This document shows positions 48,718-58,161 of a stretch of 64,000 nt of DNA, piece after piece. Numbering within the stretch: position 1 is the first letter of the stretch; every line of letters begins with the position of its first letter. The notes below the pieces were generated by a model. It saw only the letters and a program-made list of their open reading frames with translations, ran no database searches and was not told the origin of the DNA. This stretch comes from Candidatus Rariloculaceae bacterium (GTDB lineage: Bacteria > Pseudomonadota > Gammaproteobacteria > Steroidobacterales > Rariloculaceae): NCBI GenBank assembly GCA_965221035.1, contig OZ244860.1, positions 992,687 through 1,056,686 on the forward strand, read 5' to 3'. Position numbers and translations under genes: made by a program.

Positions 48718-49614
48718 TCATCCGCCTGCCGGGGGGGCACCGGAGCCCGGCGGCGGCCAGCGCCGGTGACCGGGTGCCAGTCGGCGCAGGCCGCGACCGT
48801 GCAGCAACGGGTGCACCGCCACCAGGCGGCGGCCTTCGTAGATGCGCACTTCATCGGCCAGGGTGTGCACCTCCACCACCCGCCGACGGGTGCGGTCCGG
48901 CACACTGTAGAGGTTGCCGTTGACGCTGACCATGCCGTCGTGGCTGACCCGGCGCTGCAGGCTCAACACCGCCTTGAACGGCGTGACGGGCAACGGCAGA
49001 AGCTGCGGCCGCTCCTCGGCAAAGGCCTCGCCGACGACCCGCCGCGTGGTGCCGTGGCAACGCACGTTGGCCACACCAGCCCGCCACTCGGCGAACTGCG
49101 CGTTCAGATCCTCAAGGTTGGCGAAACAACCGCCGAGGAAGAAGTCGTCGCGGATGTAACTGAACGGGCGTTCCACCTTGCCCTTGGTCTTGGCCCGGTA
49201 CGGGGCGCAGGCACGGGGACGGAACCCGTAGTGTTCGGCCAACTCCAGCAGTCGCGGATGGTAGACCACGTGGCGGGCCTCGTCCTCGCCCAGCACCGCG
49301 GTCTTCATCCGGTCGTAGAGGATCTGCCGGGGCACCCCGCCGAGCTCCTCGAATGCCCGCATGTGGCAGCGCAGCACACTGGCCAGGTGCTGCCCGAACA
49401 CGAACTGACCGGTCAGCAAACGGCAGTATCCGAGCACGAGGGAGAACAACCACACCACGCGGATCCGGCCCGGCTGCTCGGTGAAGTCGGTCTTGAACTG
49501 CGCAAAATCCACCTGCGCCTGTTCGCCCGGAGCGGTCTCGAAGCGGTGCTCGAAGCCCCGCTCCGGAGCTGGACGGACTTCCCGCAGGTACGCCGTCAGT
49601 TGCGAGTAACAGCC
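48718..49614 (-). pseudogene. istA: IS21-family transposase IstA, N-terminally truncated
   Basis: Recognisable from about GCYSQLTAYLREVRP...RFETAPGEQAQVDFAQF (start of the DDE integrase core) to the C-terminus. The first roughly 90 codons of the track ORF (to 49884) only read through the 3' end of nnr in another frame. Confidence 0.8.
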
Positions 49615-49658
49615 CGGACATCGAGCACAGCAAGGCGCGGCGTGCGGTGCCCCGCCGT

Positions 49659-51158
49659 CTACGAGGACGGATTCACGGCATGTCGGATGTGCGCCATCAG
49701 ATCCCCCGCCAGCAATCCCCGTTCGCCGCCGTTGGCGGCGGCGTCGCCGCACATGGCGTGGATTCGCACGCCGGCTCTGGCGACACCCGCAAGGTCGCCG
49801 GATTGCACCAGCAGCCCTCCCAGCAGCCCGGCCAACACGTCGCCCATGCCGGCCGTCGCCATGCCGGGATTGCCCAGGTCGCATAGCCCGATGGAGGCAT
49901 CATCCGACACCGCTACGAGCGTGCCCGCCCCCTTGAGAACCGCCACTCCGCGATATCGGTCCACAATCTCCGCCGCGGCGCGCAGCCGGTTCACCTGAAT
50001 TTCCCTCGCGGTCGTTCCCAGCAATCGGGCCGCCTCGCCTGGATGGGGCGTGAGTATCCACCGTCCCCTTGCCCGGCCATCCGCGACCAGCAGGTTCAGG
50101 CCGTCCGCATCCAGGACAACGGGCAATTCACTGGCCAACACCTGGTCCCAGACCGCGCGCGCCCAGGCCGACTGGCCAAGCCCGGGACCAAGCACGACGC
50201 CATCGGCCTCCCGCAGCCAGGATCTCAGCTGCGAGGCATCGTCGATGGCCACGCACATGGCCTCGGCACGACCGGCCATGACCGACGCCACGGACTCCGG
50301 ATGGGTGGCCACGCGCACCAGTCCGGCCCCGGACCGAAGCGCCGCCTCCGCGGCAAGCCGTATGGCGCCGGACATGCCCGGACAGCCGCCCACCAGCAAG
50401 AGGCGACCCGCATCGCCCTTGTGCGCGGTCCGTTGTCGAGGCGGCAGGACGGCTCGCACATCGGCATGGGTCAGCCTGCGCAATGGCGGCTCGAACCGGG
50501 CGTGGACGGCGCGCGGAATGCCCAGACCGGCGAACTCCAGGGTTCCCCGGAAGTCCGGGCCCTGACCTACGAACAGGCCCTGCTTGAGCCCAACGAAAGT
50601 CACGGTGAGATCGGCGCGGACGGCGGCCCCCAATGGCAAGCCGGAATCGGCGTGAATCCCGGTGGGAATGTCCAGCGCCAAGACCGGTCGCCGGGCGGCC
50701 TCGATGGCCGACACGGCGGCAAGAAAGTCACCGCCCAACTCCCGGTCCAGACCGCTCCCCAGGAGCCCGTCGACCAGGACATCCTCTTCGGGATCCCGGC
50801 CCGCGCCGAACGCCTCGATTTGCCCGCCTTGTTGCCGATATTCGTGCCACGCGCTCGCCGCATCCCCGCTCAGCCGGTCCGGCGGCACGACGGCGATGAC
50901 CCTGACGCCAAGCCCCAGGGCCATGGCCAGGCGAGCCACCACATACCCGTCGCCGGCGTTGTTGCCCGCCCCGCAGTACACCGCCACGGACCGGGCCCCG
51001 GGCCAGCGCCGGCGCAGCGCCGCCAGCGCCGCCTCACCGGCACGGCACATCAGGGCATATCCGCCGATCCCCATCTCCTCGATGGCGATTCTGTCCAGGG
51101 CGCGAACCTGGTCGGCAGTGTAGATAGCCGTCGGAAGTCGGGAACGGGCCGCATCCAT
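49659..51158 (-). CDS. nnr: bifunctional NAD(P)H-hydrate repair enzyme Nnr (epimerase + ADP-dependent dehydratase)
   Basis: 499 aa. YjeF-N (VAVYCGAGNNAGDGYV) and YjeF-C (KGDAGRLLLVGG...GNPGMATAGMGDVLAG) domains. The C-terminus appears intact. Confidence 0.9.
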   Translation of the reverse strand: MDAARSRLPTAIYTADQVRALDRIAIEEMGIGGYALMCRAGEAALAALRRRWPGARSVAVYCGAGNNAGDGYVVARLAMALGLGVRVIAVVPPDRLSGDAASAWHEYRQQGGQIEAFGAGRDPEEDVLVDGLLGSGLDRELGGDFLAAVSAIEAARRPVLALDIPTGIHADSGLPLGAAVRADLTVTFVGLKQGLFVGQGPDFRGTLEFAGLGIPRAVHARFEPPLRRLTHADVRAVLPPRQRTAHKGDAGRLLLVGGCPGMSGAIRLAAEAALRSGAGLVRVATHPESVASVMAGRAEAMCVAIDDASQLRSWLREADGVVLGPGLGQSAWARAVWDQVLASELPVVLDADGLNLLVADGRARGRWILTPHPGEAARLLGTTAREIQVNRLRAAAEIVDRYRGVAVLKGAGTLVAVSDDASIGLCDLGNPGMATAGMGDVLAGLLGGLLVQSGDLAGVARAGVRIHAMCGDAAANGGERGLLAGDLMAHIRHAVNPSS

Positions 51159-51246
51159 GGCGCGATATACTAACGCGTATCCTTGGACCCGCCGCCAAGG
51201 CCCCCGCCCAAGCGCCCGAGGAGATGGTCCGGGTACCGGCTACGCG

Positions 51247-52407
51247 ATGCAAACACCGCAACTCCACGATCTGGCCCGCGAAAGCGCCGGCCCGGCCGGC
51301 CTGGACGAGGCACAGCTTGCCGACCTGTCGACCGCAATCAAGCGTCAGGGCCAGGAGCTGGGCTTCCAGCAGGTCGGCGTCGCCGGCGTGGAGCTGGGCG
51401 AGGCCGAGTCCCGCTTCAGGTCATGGCTGGCACGCGGATTTCACGGCGAGATGGGCTATCTCGCACGGCACGGCAGCAAACGCACCCGACCGGCGGAGTT
51501 GGTTCCCGGAACCGTTCGGGTCGTCTCGGCACGGATGGACTACTGGCCGGAGGACAGCGCCGACGCGGAGGGAATGCTCGACAATCCCCCCCACGCCTAC
51601 GTGTCGCGCTACGCCCTGGGGAGGGATTACCACAAGGTGCTGCGGGCCCGCCTGAAGCGGCTGGCGAGCTACATCCGCCGGCAGGTCGGAGGCACAGGCT
51701 ACCGGGTGTTCGTGGACAGCGCCCCGGTAATGGAAAAGCCCCTGGCGCAACAGGCCGGCCTGGGCTGGATCGGCAAGCATACCAACCTGTTGAACTCGAA
51801 CGCCGGCTCGTGGTTCTTCCTCGGCGAACTCTTTACCGACATTCCCCTCCCCGTGGACGCGCCGGCCAGCGACCATTGCGGCAGTTGCGCGGCCTGCATC
51901 GACGTCTGCCCCACCGGCGCCATCGTCGAACCCTACCTGCTGGATGCCCGCCGGTGCATTTCCTATCTGACGATCGAATTGCGCGGCAGCATTCCCCTGG
52001 AATTTCGAAAGGCCATCGGCAATCGGGTCTTCGGCTGCGACGATTGCCAGTTGGTCTGCCCCTGGAACAAGTTCGCAAGGCCCAGCGACGAACCGGATTT
52101 TTCCGCCCGAAACGGCCTTGACGCCGCGCGGTTGGTTGACCTGTTCCGATGGAGCGAAGCCGACTGGGATGCGGGAACTCGGGGCAGCGCCCTGCGCCGC
52201 GCGGGCTACGAAGGCTGGTTGAGAAACCTGGCGGTCGCGCTTGGCAACGCGCCGCCTTCCCCCGAAATCGTGGCGGCATTGCGCGAACGGATCGATCATC
52301 CCTCGGACGTGGTTCGCGAGCACGTATCATGGGCCATGGAGCAGCATCAATCGGCGGCCGGCGGAACCCAGGCCTGTCAACAGGCTCCAGAATCCGCTGG
52401 CAACTGA
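51247..52407 (+). CDS. queG: tRNA epoxyqueuosine(34) reductase QueG
   Basis: Two 4Fe-4S ferredoxin motifs (CGSCAACIDVCP, CDDCQLVCPWN) and HEAT-like C-terminal repeats. It is divergent from nnr as in E. coli. Start set at ATG 51247. Confidence 0.9.
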   Translation: MQTPQLHDLARESAGPAGLDEAQLADLSTAIKRQGQELGFQQVGVAGVELGEAESRFRSWLARGFHGEMGYLARHGSKRTRPAELVPGTVRVVSARMDYWPEDSADAEGMLDNPPHAYVSRYALGRDYHKVLRARLKRLASYIRRQVGGTGYRVFVDSAPVMEKPLAQQAGLGWIGKHTNLLNSNAGSWFFLGELFTDIPLPVDAPASDHCGSCAACIDVCPTGAIVEPYLLDARRCISYLTIELRGSIPLEFRKAIGNRVFGCDDCQLVCPWNKFARPSDEPDFSARNGLDAARLVDLFRWSEADWDAGTRGSALRRAGYEGWLRNLAVALGNAPPSPEIVAALRERIDHPSDVVREHVSWAMEQHQSAAGGTQACQQAPESAGN

Positions 52408-52423
52408 CAGGCCCGAGCCTGGG

Positions 52424-53332
52424 CTAGACTCTCAAATTGTCGATCAACCGCGCCTTGCCCAACCACGCCGCCGCGAGAACGATCAGCTCGCCGCCGCCGG
52501 ACTGAAGACCATTGGGCCTCGTAAGGTCGCCGGCGCGGCGCACTTCGACATAGTCGGGATCGAATCCGGCCGCCCGCAACGCCCGCGCGGCCCTTGCTTC
52601 CAGGGCGGCGATATCGCCGTCGCCCCGGCGCAATGCCTTTTGGACCCGCTGCAGCTCGGAATGCAGCCTGGGGGCGATGCTGCGCTCGGAGGCGCTGAGA
52701 TAGCGGTTTCTGGAACTCATCGCAAGCCCGTCACGCTCCCGCCGGATGGGTCCGGCGACCACCTTCACGGCCAGCTGCAGGTCCCGGACCATCCGCCGAA
52801 GCAACACCAGTTGCTGGTAGTCCTTTTCACCCAGCACAAGGATGTCCGGAGCCACAATGCCGAGAAAACGCAGCACCACGGAAGCCACGCCATCGAAATG
52901 CCCGGGACGGCACGCCCCGCAAAGATCGTCGTTCAGTCGGGGAACGGAGACCCTCACCGCCGACTCCACGCCATGAGGGTAAATGTCCTTTTCTTCCGGT
53001 GCGAATACCAGGTCGACCAAGCCCTGTTCGGCCAGTCGCGACTCGTCCTCCGCAAGCGATCTCGGATAAGCGTCAAAGTCTTCGTTGGGGCCGAACTGGG
53101 TGGGATTGACGAAGATGCTGCAGACCACTCGATCGGCATGCTCTCGCGCCACCTCCATCAGGCTCAGGTGCCCCTGGTGCAATTGCCCCATGGTGGGGAC
53201 CAGGGCCACGGTCTGATGCGTCAGCCGCCAATTGCCGACCAGCTCGCGAACCGCAGCCGCAGTGTAGGCGCCTTGCAAGGGCACGTGCCGCCCATCCACG
53301 TCGAAGCACTCCCGCCGCCAAAACGGGCGCAA
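52424..53332 (-). CDS. panC: pantoate--beta-alanine ligase
   Basis: VALVPTMGQLHQGHLSLM, FVNPTQFGPNEDFDAYPR. The only candidates upstream of the conserved core are TTG/GTG codons (track start is TTG 53332), so the start is uncertain. Confidence 0.9.
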   Translation of the reverse strand: MRPFWRRECFDVDGRHVPLQGAYTAAAVRELVGNWRLTHQTVALVPTMGQLHQGHLSLMEVAREHADRVVCSIFVNPTQFGPNEDFDAYPRSLAEDESRLAEQGLVDLVFAPEEKDIYPHGVESAVRVSVPRLNDDLCGACRPGHFDGVASVVLRFLGIVAPDILVLGEKDYQQLVLLRRMVRDLQLAVKVVAGPIRRERDGLAMSSRNRYLSASERSIAPRLHSELQRVQKALRRGDGDIAALEARAARALRAAGFDPDYVEVRRAGDLTRPNGLQSGGGELIVLAAAWLGKARLIDNLRV

Positions 53333-53362
53333 TTCTAGCAGGAGCCCGGCAGTGCCGGCATG

Positions 53363-54193
53363 TCAGGAGAAACAGTGCTCGCTGGACGGATAGTCACGAT
53401 TGCGCACCGCGCTTACATACGCTTCGATGGCCTTGAGCGGCGATTCCGCGCCGTCCATGAAGTTCTTCACGAAACGTGGGGTACGGCCCTGGGTGATGCC
53501 CAGCATGTCGTAGAGAACGAGTATCTGGCCATCCACGAACGGACCCGCGCCGATGCCGATAATGGGCAGCCGGATCGACCCGGAAATCATTTCGCCGACT
53601 TCGTTGGGGACGCACTCCAGGAGCAGAACGTCGGCACCGGCGCCCTCCAGCGCCTTGGCGTCCTCCACCATCCGTCGCACGGCCGAGGGTTCCCGCCCCT
53701 GGACCCTGAAGCCGCCGATCTTGTGCACCGACTGCGGCTTGAGTCCCACGTGCGCGCAAACGGGAATATCGTGCTTCGCCAGGCACGAAACGACATCGAC
53801 CTGGCTCTGTCCACCCTCCAGCTTGACCATCATCGCCCCACCCTCCTGCATGAGCCGGACGGCGTTGTCCAACGCCTGGACGGGCGAGGCATAGCTCATG
53901 AACGGCAGGTCGGAGACCAGGAACGCCCGGCTGATGCCCCGCGCCACGATCCGGGTGTGATAGACCACATCGTCCACCGTGACCGGCACGGTCGTCTCAT
54001 GCCCTTGCACGACCATGCCCAGGGAGTCGCCCACCAGAATGAGGTCGACTCCGGCCATGTCCACAAGCTGCGAAAAACTGGCGTCGTAGGCGGTCAAGCA
54101 GGCGACGGGAACGCCCTCCTCCTTCATCCGCCTCAGGGAGGAAACGTTGACCGGCGGCGACGGCATGCCTCGCTGTTGCAGCTGCTTGTACAT
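53363..54193 (-). CDS. panB: 3-methyl-2-oxobutanoate hydroxymethyltransferase
   Basis: CLTAYDASFS...VDLILVGDSLGMVVQGH..T.PVT. Start set at ATG 54193 (MYKQLQ...). Confidence 0.9.
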   Translation of the reverse strand: MYKQLQQRGMPSPPVNVSSLRRMKEEGVPVACLTAYDASFSQLVDMAGVDLILVGDSLGMVVQGHETTVPVTVDDVVYHTRIVARGISRAFLVSDLPFMSYASPVQALDNAVRLMQEGGAMMVKLEGGQSQVDVVSCLAKHDIPVCAHVGLKPQSVHKIGGFRVQGREPSAVRRMVEDAKALEGAGADVLLLECVPNEVGEMISGSIRLPIIGIGAGPFVDGQILVLYDMLGITQGRTPRFVKNFMDGAESPLKAIEAYVSAVRNRDYPSSEHCFS

Positions 54194-54215
54194 GGTAAAC
54201 CCCGGAGCAGACGCG

Positions 54216-54884
54216 TCAGGCCAGCGTCGTTGCGGCCGGATTGAAGAATTGGCGTCCGCGCCCAGCGCCACTGATCGCCCCCAGCAATTCCTGGTAGTCC
54301 GGCTCTCGCTGGACCGGATCGATTTGCGCCGCATTCACGATAAGCAACGGTGCCTCGACGTATTGGTGGAAGAAATCCGCATAAGCTTCGCACAATCGCG
54401 CCAGCAAGGGCAGATTGACTGCCTTTTCCCATTCGAAACCGCGTTCGGTGATCCGCCGCATCAGAACATCCGGCGGCGCCTGCAGGTAGACCACCAGGTC
54501 CGGCGACGGAGGGTTCAGATCCAGTGTCTGGTACACCTGCCGATACAGCTCGAATTCGCTGGCATCCAGAACACGTTCGGCGAACGCCCATTCCTTGTCC
54601 ATCAGGAAGTCGGTGACGTGAACGCTGCGGAACAAGTCGCTCTGACGCATGCGGTCTAGTACCCGCGCACGTTGAAAGAGGATGAACAGCTGGGCCGGGA
54701 GCGCGGCCTGACGATGGTTTTCGTAGAAGCGCGGCAGGAACGGATTGTCCCTGGGGTCTTCGACCATCAGTTCGCCGTCGAGGCTCTCGGCCAGCCGGCC
54801 GGCGAGCCCGGCCTTGCCTGCCCCGGGCGGTCCTTCAATGACGAAATGTCGCGGTGCATGCGGAGAGGCCACCACTTGCCTCAC
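54216..54884 (-). CDS. deoxynucleoside kinase family protein
   Basis: P-loop FVIEGPPGAGK, and dNK-like segments NPFLPRFY, FILFQR, DFLMDKEWAFA, LVVYLQAPPDVLMRRI. I place the start at GTG 54884, which overlaps the pcnB stop (GTGA). Confidence 0.75.
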   Translation of the reverse strand: MRQVVASPHAPRHFVIEGPPGAGKAGLAGRLAESLDGELMVEDPRDNPFLPRFYENHRQAALPAQLFILFQRARVLDRMRQSDLFRSVHVTDFLMDKEWAFAERVLDASEFELYRQVYQTLDLNPPSPDLVVYLQAPPDVLMRRITERGFEWEKAVNLPLLARLCEAYADFFHQYVEAPLLIVNAAQIDPVQREPDYQELLGAISGAGRGRQFFNPAATTLA

Positions 54885-56218
54885 CCGGATTTGCCGCGGC
54901 CCGGCTCCGCCGCAGTACCGCGCCGTGATGCCCGTCGACGCCGGCGCGGAGACCGGCGGCGCCCGGCTGCAAAGGCCCGGTGCTGGTCCTCCTCGGAGAG
55001 CGTCTGGATCTCCGTCCACCACTGTGCGAGTTCCCGATCGGCATCCCCGCACTCGGCCCGCAACACCAGGAAGTCGTAGGCGGCGCGAAACTGCCTGTGC
55101 TGCAGGAGCCTGCGGGCGCGGGCACCGCGACGGTTGTGAAAGCGTCGCTGCATGAGCAGCATTTCCTTCATGGGCGAACTGAATCGCCGCGGCATGGCGG
55201 TGAAATTCCGCTGCTCCCCGAGCACTTCGTCGCAGGCGTCCAGAAACGCCTCGATCTCGGTGCCGCCGTCTTCCCTGCGGATCCGTTCCGCGGCTTCCCG
55301 AATCGGGAACCAGAGCAGCACTGCGAACAGGAACATCGGTGTGACCGGTTTGCTCGCCCTGACCCGCCTGTCGGTATTCTCAAGGCCCGATCCCACAAAC
55401 TCGAGGACCGCCTCGCCGTTATCCGACCGAATCAAGCGGTCCGTGTGCGGAAAGAGGTATTCGAACAGGCCGAGTTGCCGCAAGCGCTCGAGGCTGGATG
55501 CGGCGTGCCCCGCATGGAACAGCTTGAGGGTTTCCTCGTAGAGTCTCGCAGCGGGAACTTCCCGCAACAACGCCGCCAAATCCCCGATGGGCCCCACTGT
55601 TCGCTTCGCGATACCGAAGCCCAGCTTCGCCGACAGACGCGCTGCCCGGAGCATCCGTACCGGATCCTCGCGGTATCGGGCCGCCGGGTCACCGATCAGC
55701 CGAAGGGTGCGGCCGACGATGTCATCCATCCCCGTGGTGTAATCCCGGATAGTGAAATCGGCGATGTTGTAGTAGAGCGCGTTGACCGTGAAATCGCGGC
55801 GCCAGACATCCTCGTCGATGGTCCCGTAGACGTTGTCCCGGAGAATGCGTCCGCTGTCGGCGTGCTCCCGGTCGTCATCGACGCCACTCTGTGAGGACCT
55901 GAAGGTGACCACTTCGATCACCTCCCTTCCGAAGCGGACATGTGCCAGGCGGAAGCGCCTTCCGATCAGGCGGCAATTGCGAAACAGCGCCCTGACCTGT
56001 TCGGGCCGCGCGTCGGTGGCCACATCGAAATCCTTCGGACTGAGGCCGAGCAGAAGGTCGCGCACGCCACCACCGACCAGGAACGCCTGGTGCCCGCAAC
56101 TCTTGAGCCGGTACAGGACCTTGAGCGCGTTGCCGGAAATATTGGATCGGCTGAGCGTATGCTGCGGCCTGCCGATGACCACGGGGCCGTTCAGGACTTG
56201 ATCTTCCGCAGTGTTCAA
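54881..56218 (-). CDS. pcnB: polynucleotide adenylyltransferase (poly(A) polymerase I) PcnB
   Basis: AFLVGGGVRDLLLG..PKDFDV.T nucleotidyltransferase motif and an Arg-rich C-terminal tail. There is no ATG in the first 100 codons. The track start is TTG 56218. Confidence 0.9.
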   Translation of the reverse strand: MNTAEDQVLNGPVVIGRPQHTLSRSNISGNALKVLYRLKSCGHQAFLVGGGVRDLLLGLSPKDFDVATDARPEQVRALFRNCRLIGRRFRLAHVRFGREVIEVVTFRSSQSGVDDDREHADSGRILRDNVYGTIDEDVWRRDFTVNALYYNIADFTIRDYTTGMDDIVGRTLRLIGDPAARYREDPVRMLRAARLSAKLGFGIAKRTVGPIGDLAALLREVPAARLYEETLKLFHAGHAASSLERLRQLGLFEYLFPHTDRLIRSDNGEAVLEFVGSGLENTDRRVRASKPVTPMFLFAVLLWFPIREAAERIRREDGGTEIEAFLDACDEVLGEQRNFTAMPRRFSSPMKEMLLMQRRFHNRRGARARRLLQHRQFRAAYDFLVLRAECGDADRELAQWWTEIQTLSEEDQHRAFAAGRRRSPRRRRRASRRGTAAEPGRGKSG

Positions 56219-56372
56219 GGCAATTCAGGGTTTAAACCGCACGGCAAGACGTTCGCCCGGCAAGGCGACCGCAGCGGTGAATTCGGAGACAACCGAATGA
56301 TTTCGAGCAGGCCAAGTTTCACCGTTCCCGAAAGACCGTTATGATACCAGCCCGTCTACGCCGGAGCACGGC

Positions 56373-56447
56373 GCTCCCTTCGTCTAGCGGTCAGGACGCG
56401 GCCCTCTCAAGGCTGAAACAGGGGTTCGATTCCCCTAGGGAGCGCCA
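56373..56447 (+). tRNA. tRNA-Glu (anticodon CUC)
   Basis: GCTCCCTTCGTCTAGCGGTCAGGACGCGGCCCTCTCAAGGCTGAAACAGGGGTTCGATTCCCCTAGGGAGCGCCA folds as a cloverleaf and aligns with E. coli tRNA-Glu. Anticodon loop CUCUCAA. CCA encoded. Confidence 0.95.
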
Positions 56448-56489
56448 CCGGCGCGGTGCCATCCTGCCCGGTTGCGGAACGGTGCCGGA

Positions 56490-56885
56490 CTATCCGGAGA
56501 ATCCCCGCCAGATTCCCCACAGCGACGCCAACAACAGGACGAGCACCGGCAGGACCGTGATGGCCACGCCGGGCTGGCGCGCGGCGGGATCCCTGGTGTA
56601 CGCCCGGGCGTAGACCACGCGACCGACCACCCAGACCGCACCCATCAGGCCCGTCACCGCGTCGCCCAGCACGTTCAGGGCAAGCCACAGCAGCGGCAGA
56701 AACAGCACCAGCTGCTCGATGGTGTTCTGGTGGATGCGGTTGGCGCGCTCAAACTCCGGATGGCCCTGCATCGCCGGCGCCTTGATGCCATGTTTCTGAC
56801 GCATCCTGCCAACCTGAAGACTCAGCACGAACGTCACCACCAGGGCGGCGACAGTTGCCAACGCGGTATATTTCATCGCGATCAT
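56490..56885 (-). CDS. MAPEG family membrane protein
   Basis: 131 aa with four hydrophobic segments. ERA..IHQNT.EQL..FLP and VGR..YA..Y are MAPEG-like. Start set at ATG 56885. The longer track ORF overlaps the next gene. Confidence 0.7.
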   Translation of the reverse strand: MIAMKYTALATVAALVVTFVLSLQVGRMRQKHGIKAPAMQGHPEFERANRIHQNTIEQLVLFLPLLWLALNVLGDAVTGLMGAVWVVGRVVYARAYTRDPAARQPGVAITVLPVLVLLLASLWGIWRGFSG

Positions 56886-56895
56886 TTGTCGCTCC

Positions 56896-58161
56896 TCATG
56901 CGGTGGCCCCGAGCTGCCTGGCTGCCCAGTCCTGGTCCGTGGGCAGGCGCAAGTCCCTCGGCCCGCCCGACTTTTCGTCATGATGCGGATGGCCGGCGCC
57001 CGACCACATCTGGCGGTCCGAATTGACCGCGGCCTGATACAGCCTGAAGGCGCCTTCCGGGTCCATGATCCTGTCGGTGGGTCCGTAACCGATGAGCATC
57101 GGGCATTCGATCTTGTGGGCCACATCCTCCACGGTGTAGTCGACGAGTTTGCGGCGCGCGTCGGCGAGATCCTCGGCGCCGATGATCCAGCGCACGCGGT
57201 CCTGGATGGGCGGGTAGAACTCGAACAGGTCCCTGAGAATGTCATGGGAACCGGCGGACATCCACACCGCCTTGATGCGGCTGTCCCCGCTGGCTGCGCG
57301 GGGTGCGGAATACCCGCCCATGCTCTGCCCCCTGAGGCCGATCCTGTCCGGGTCGACATCGGGCCGCGACTGCAGGTAATCCACCAGAGGGGTGACCAGC
57401 CGTTCGGTGTCGGGCGGCATGTACAGATTCCTGAGCCGCTTGGGCGCACCCTGGCCGGGAAGGTCGAGCACCAGGAACGCCATGCCGCGAGCGACATAGG
57501 CGGCTGCGCCGTTGAGGGTGTTCTCCGCCAGTGAATCGGCGCCCTGATAGGCGATGACCGCCGGGTACCGGGTCCCCTCCGGGCCGCTGGGCTTGCGGAA
57601 GTAGCCGTCGAGATCGTTGCCGTCCACGTTGATCGTCACGCGCTCGAAGGGCGGGTCGCGCAGTTCCCACGCCTTGTCGAAGAATTCCAGGTATTTCATG
57701 TATCCCGGCATCATCGTCTCGTCGGTGTCCTCCTGGTAGACGATGGACAGCCGATGGAAGCGGCTCGCACGAAGGTAGAACTGATGGGCCGACGCGTTCA
57801 ATCCCTGCTCTTCGTATCCGACGGCGATTTCCTCGTTGATCTGCGCCACCCGGTTCCACTCGGTGTACCAGGAAAGCGGATCGAACGGACGCATGCGGCG
57901 AGCGACTTCCAGTTCGTGGGGATCGCTGGTGTGGATCGCCTGGTTGAGACGAATCTCCATCTGACCGCCGCCGACGATCGGTTCGCCGGTATAGAGCCGT
58001 TCCGGGTCCCGTCCGCCCACGTCGCCCACGTACGCGTTGCCCGGACCCAGGTCCTGAGAATAGGCCGGAGCGCGCAGCGCGCAGGCCATGGCTGACGCGC
58101 TTGCCGACAACATGCTCCATTGCATCATGGCGCGCCTGGACAGTCTCGATTTCCCGATCAT
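56896..58161 (-). CDS. alpha/beta hydrolase (Tat-signal, secreted)
   Basis: Twin-Arg-type signal SRLSRRAMMQWSMLSASASAMA. Nucleophile elbow GQSMGG and an alpha/beta-fold pattern. Start set at ATG 58161. Confidence 0.7.
   Translation of the reverse strand: MIGKSRLSRRAMMQWSMLSASASAMACALRAPAYSQDLGPGNAYVGDVGGRDPERLYTGEPIVGGGQMEIRLNQAIHTSDPHELEVARRMRPFDPLSWYTEWNRVAQINEEIAVGYEEQGLNASAHQFYLRASRFHRLSIVYQEDTDETMMPGYMKYLEFFDKAWELRDPPFERVTINVDGNDLDGYFRKPSGPEGTRYPAVIAYQGADSLAENTLNGAAAYVARGMAFLVLDLPGQGAPKRLRNLYMPPDTERLVTPLVDYLQSRPDVDPDRIGLRGQSMGGYSAPRAASGDSRIKAVWMSAGSHDILRDLFEFYPPIQDRVRWIIGAEDLADARRKLVDYTVEDVAHKIECPMLIGYGPTDRIMDPEGAFRLYQAAVNSDRQMWSGAGHPHHDEKSGGPRDLRLPTDQDWAARQLGATA

Larger units (their letters stand above)
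47714..49640 (-). mobile_element. IS21-family element, 5'-truncated (istA remnant + istB + right terminus)
   Basis: The terminus TGTCAATGCTGAAG... at 47714 has two subterminal 20-bp direct repeats. It is followed by istB and istA on the minus strand. The istA N-terminal HTH region and the left terminus are missing. The junction lies somewhere in 49614..49658, directly after the nnr stop. Confidence 0.75.

Noticed and set aside
49614-49884. The apparent N-terminal 90 codons of the istA ORF overlapping nnr.
   Set aside because: This stretch is simply the 3' end of nnr read in another frame (Arg/Gly-rich nonsense). IstA-like sequence begins only near codon 90, so I call istA truncated rather than overlapping nnr.
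56219-56372. A possible tRNA-Glu promoter (TTTCAC, 17-nt spacer, TATGAT) upstream of 56373.
   Set aside because: The -35 match is poor, and the region also serves as the pcnB upstream region on the other strand. It is too weak to report as a feature without transcript data.
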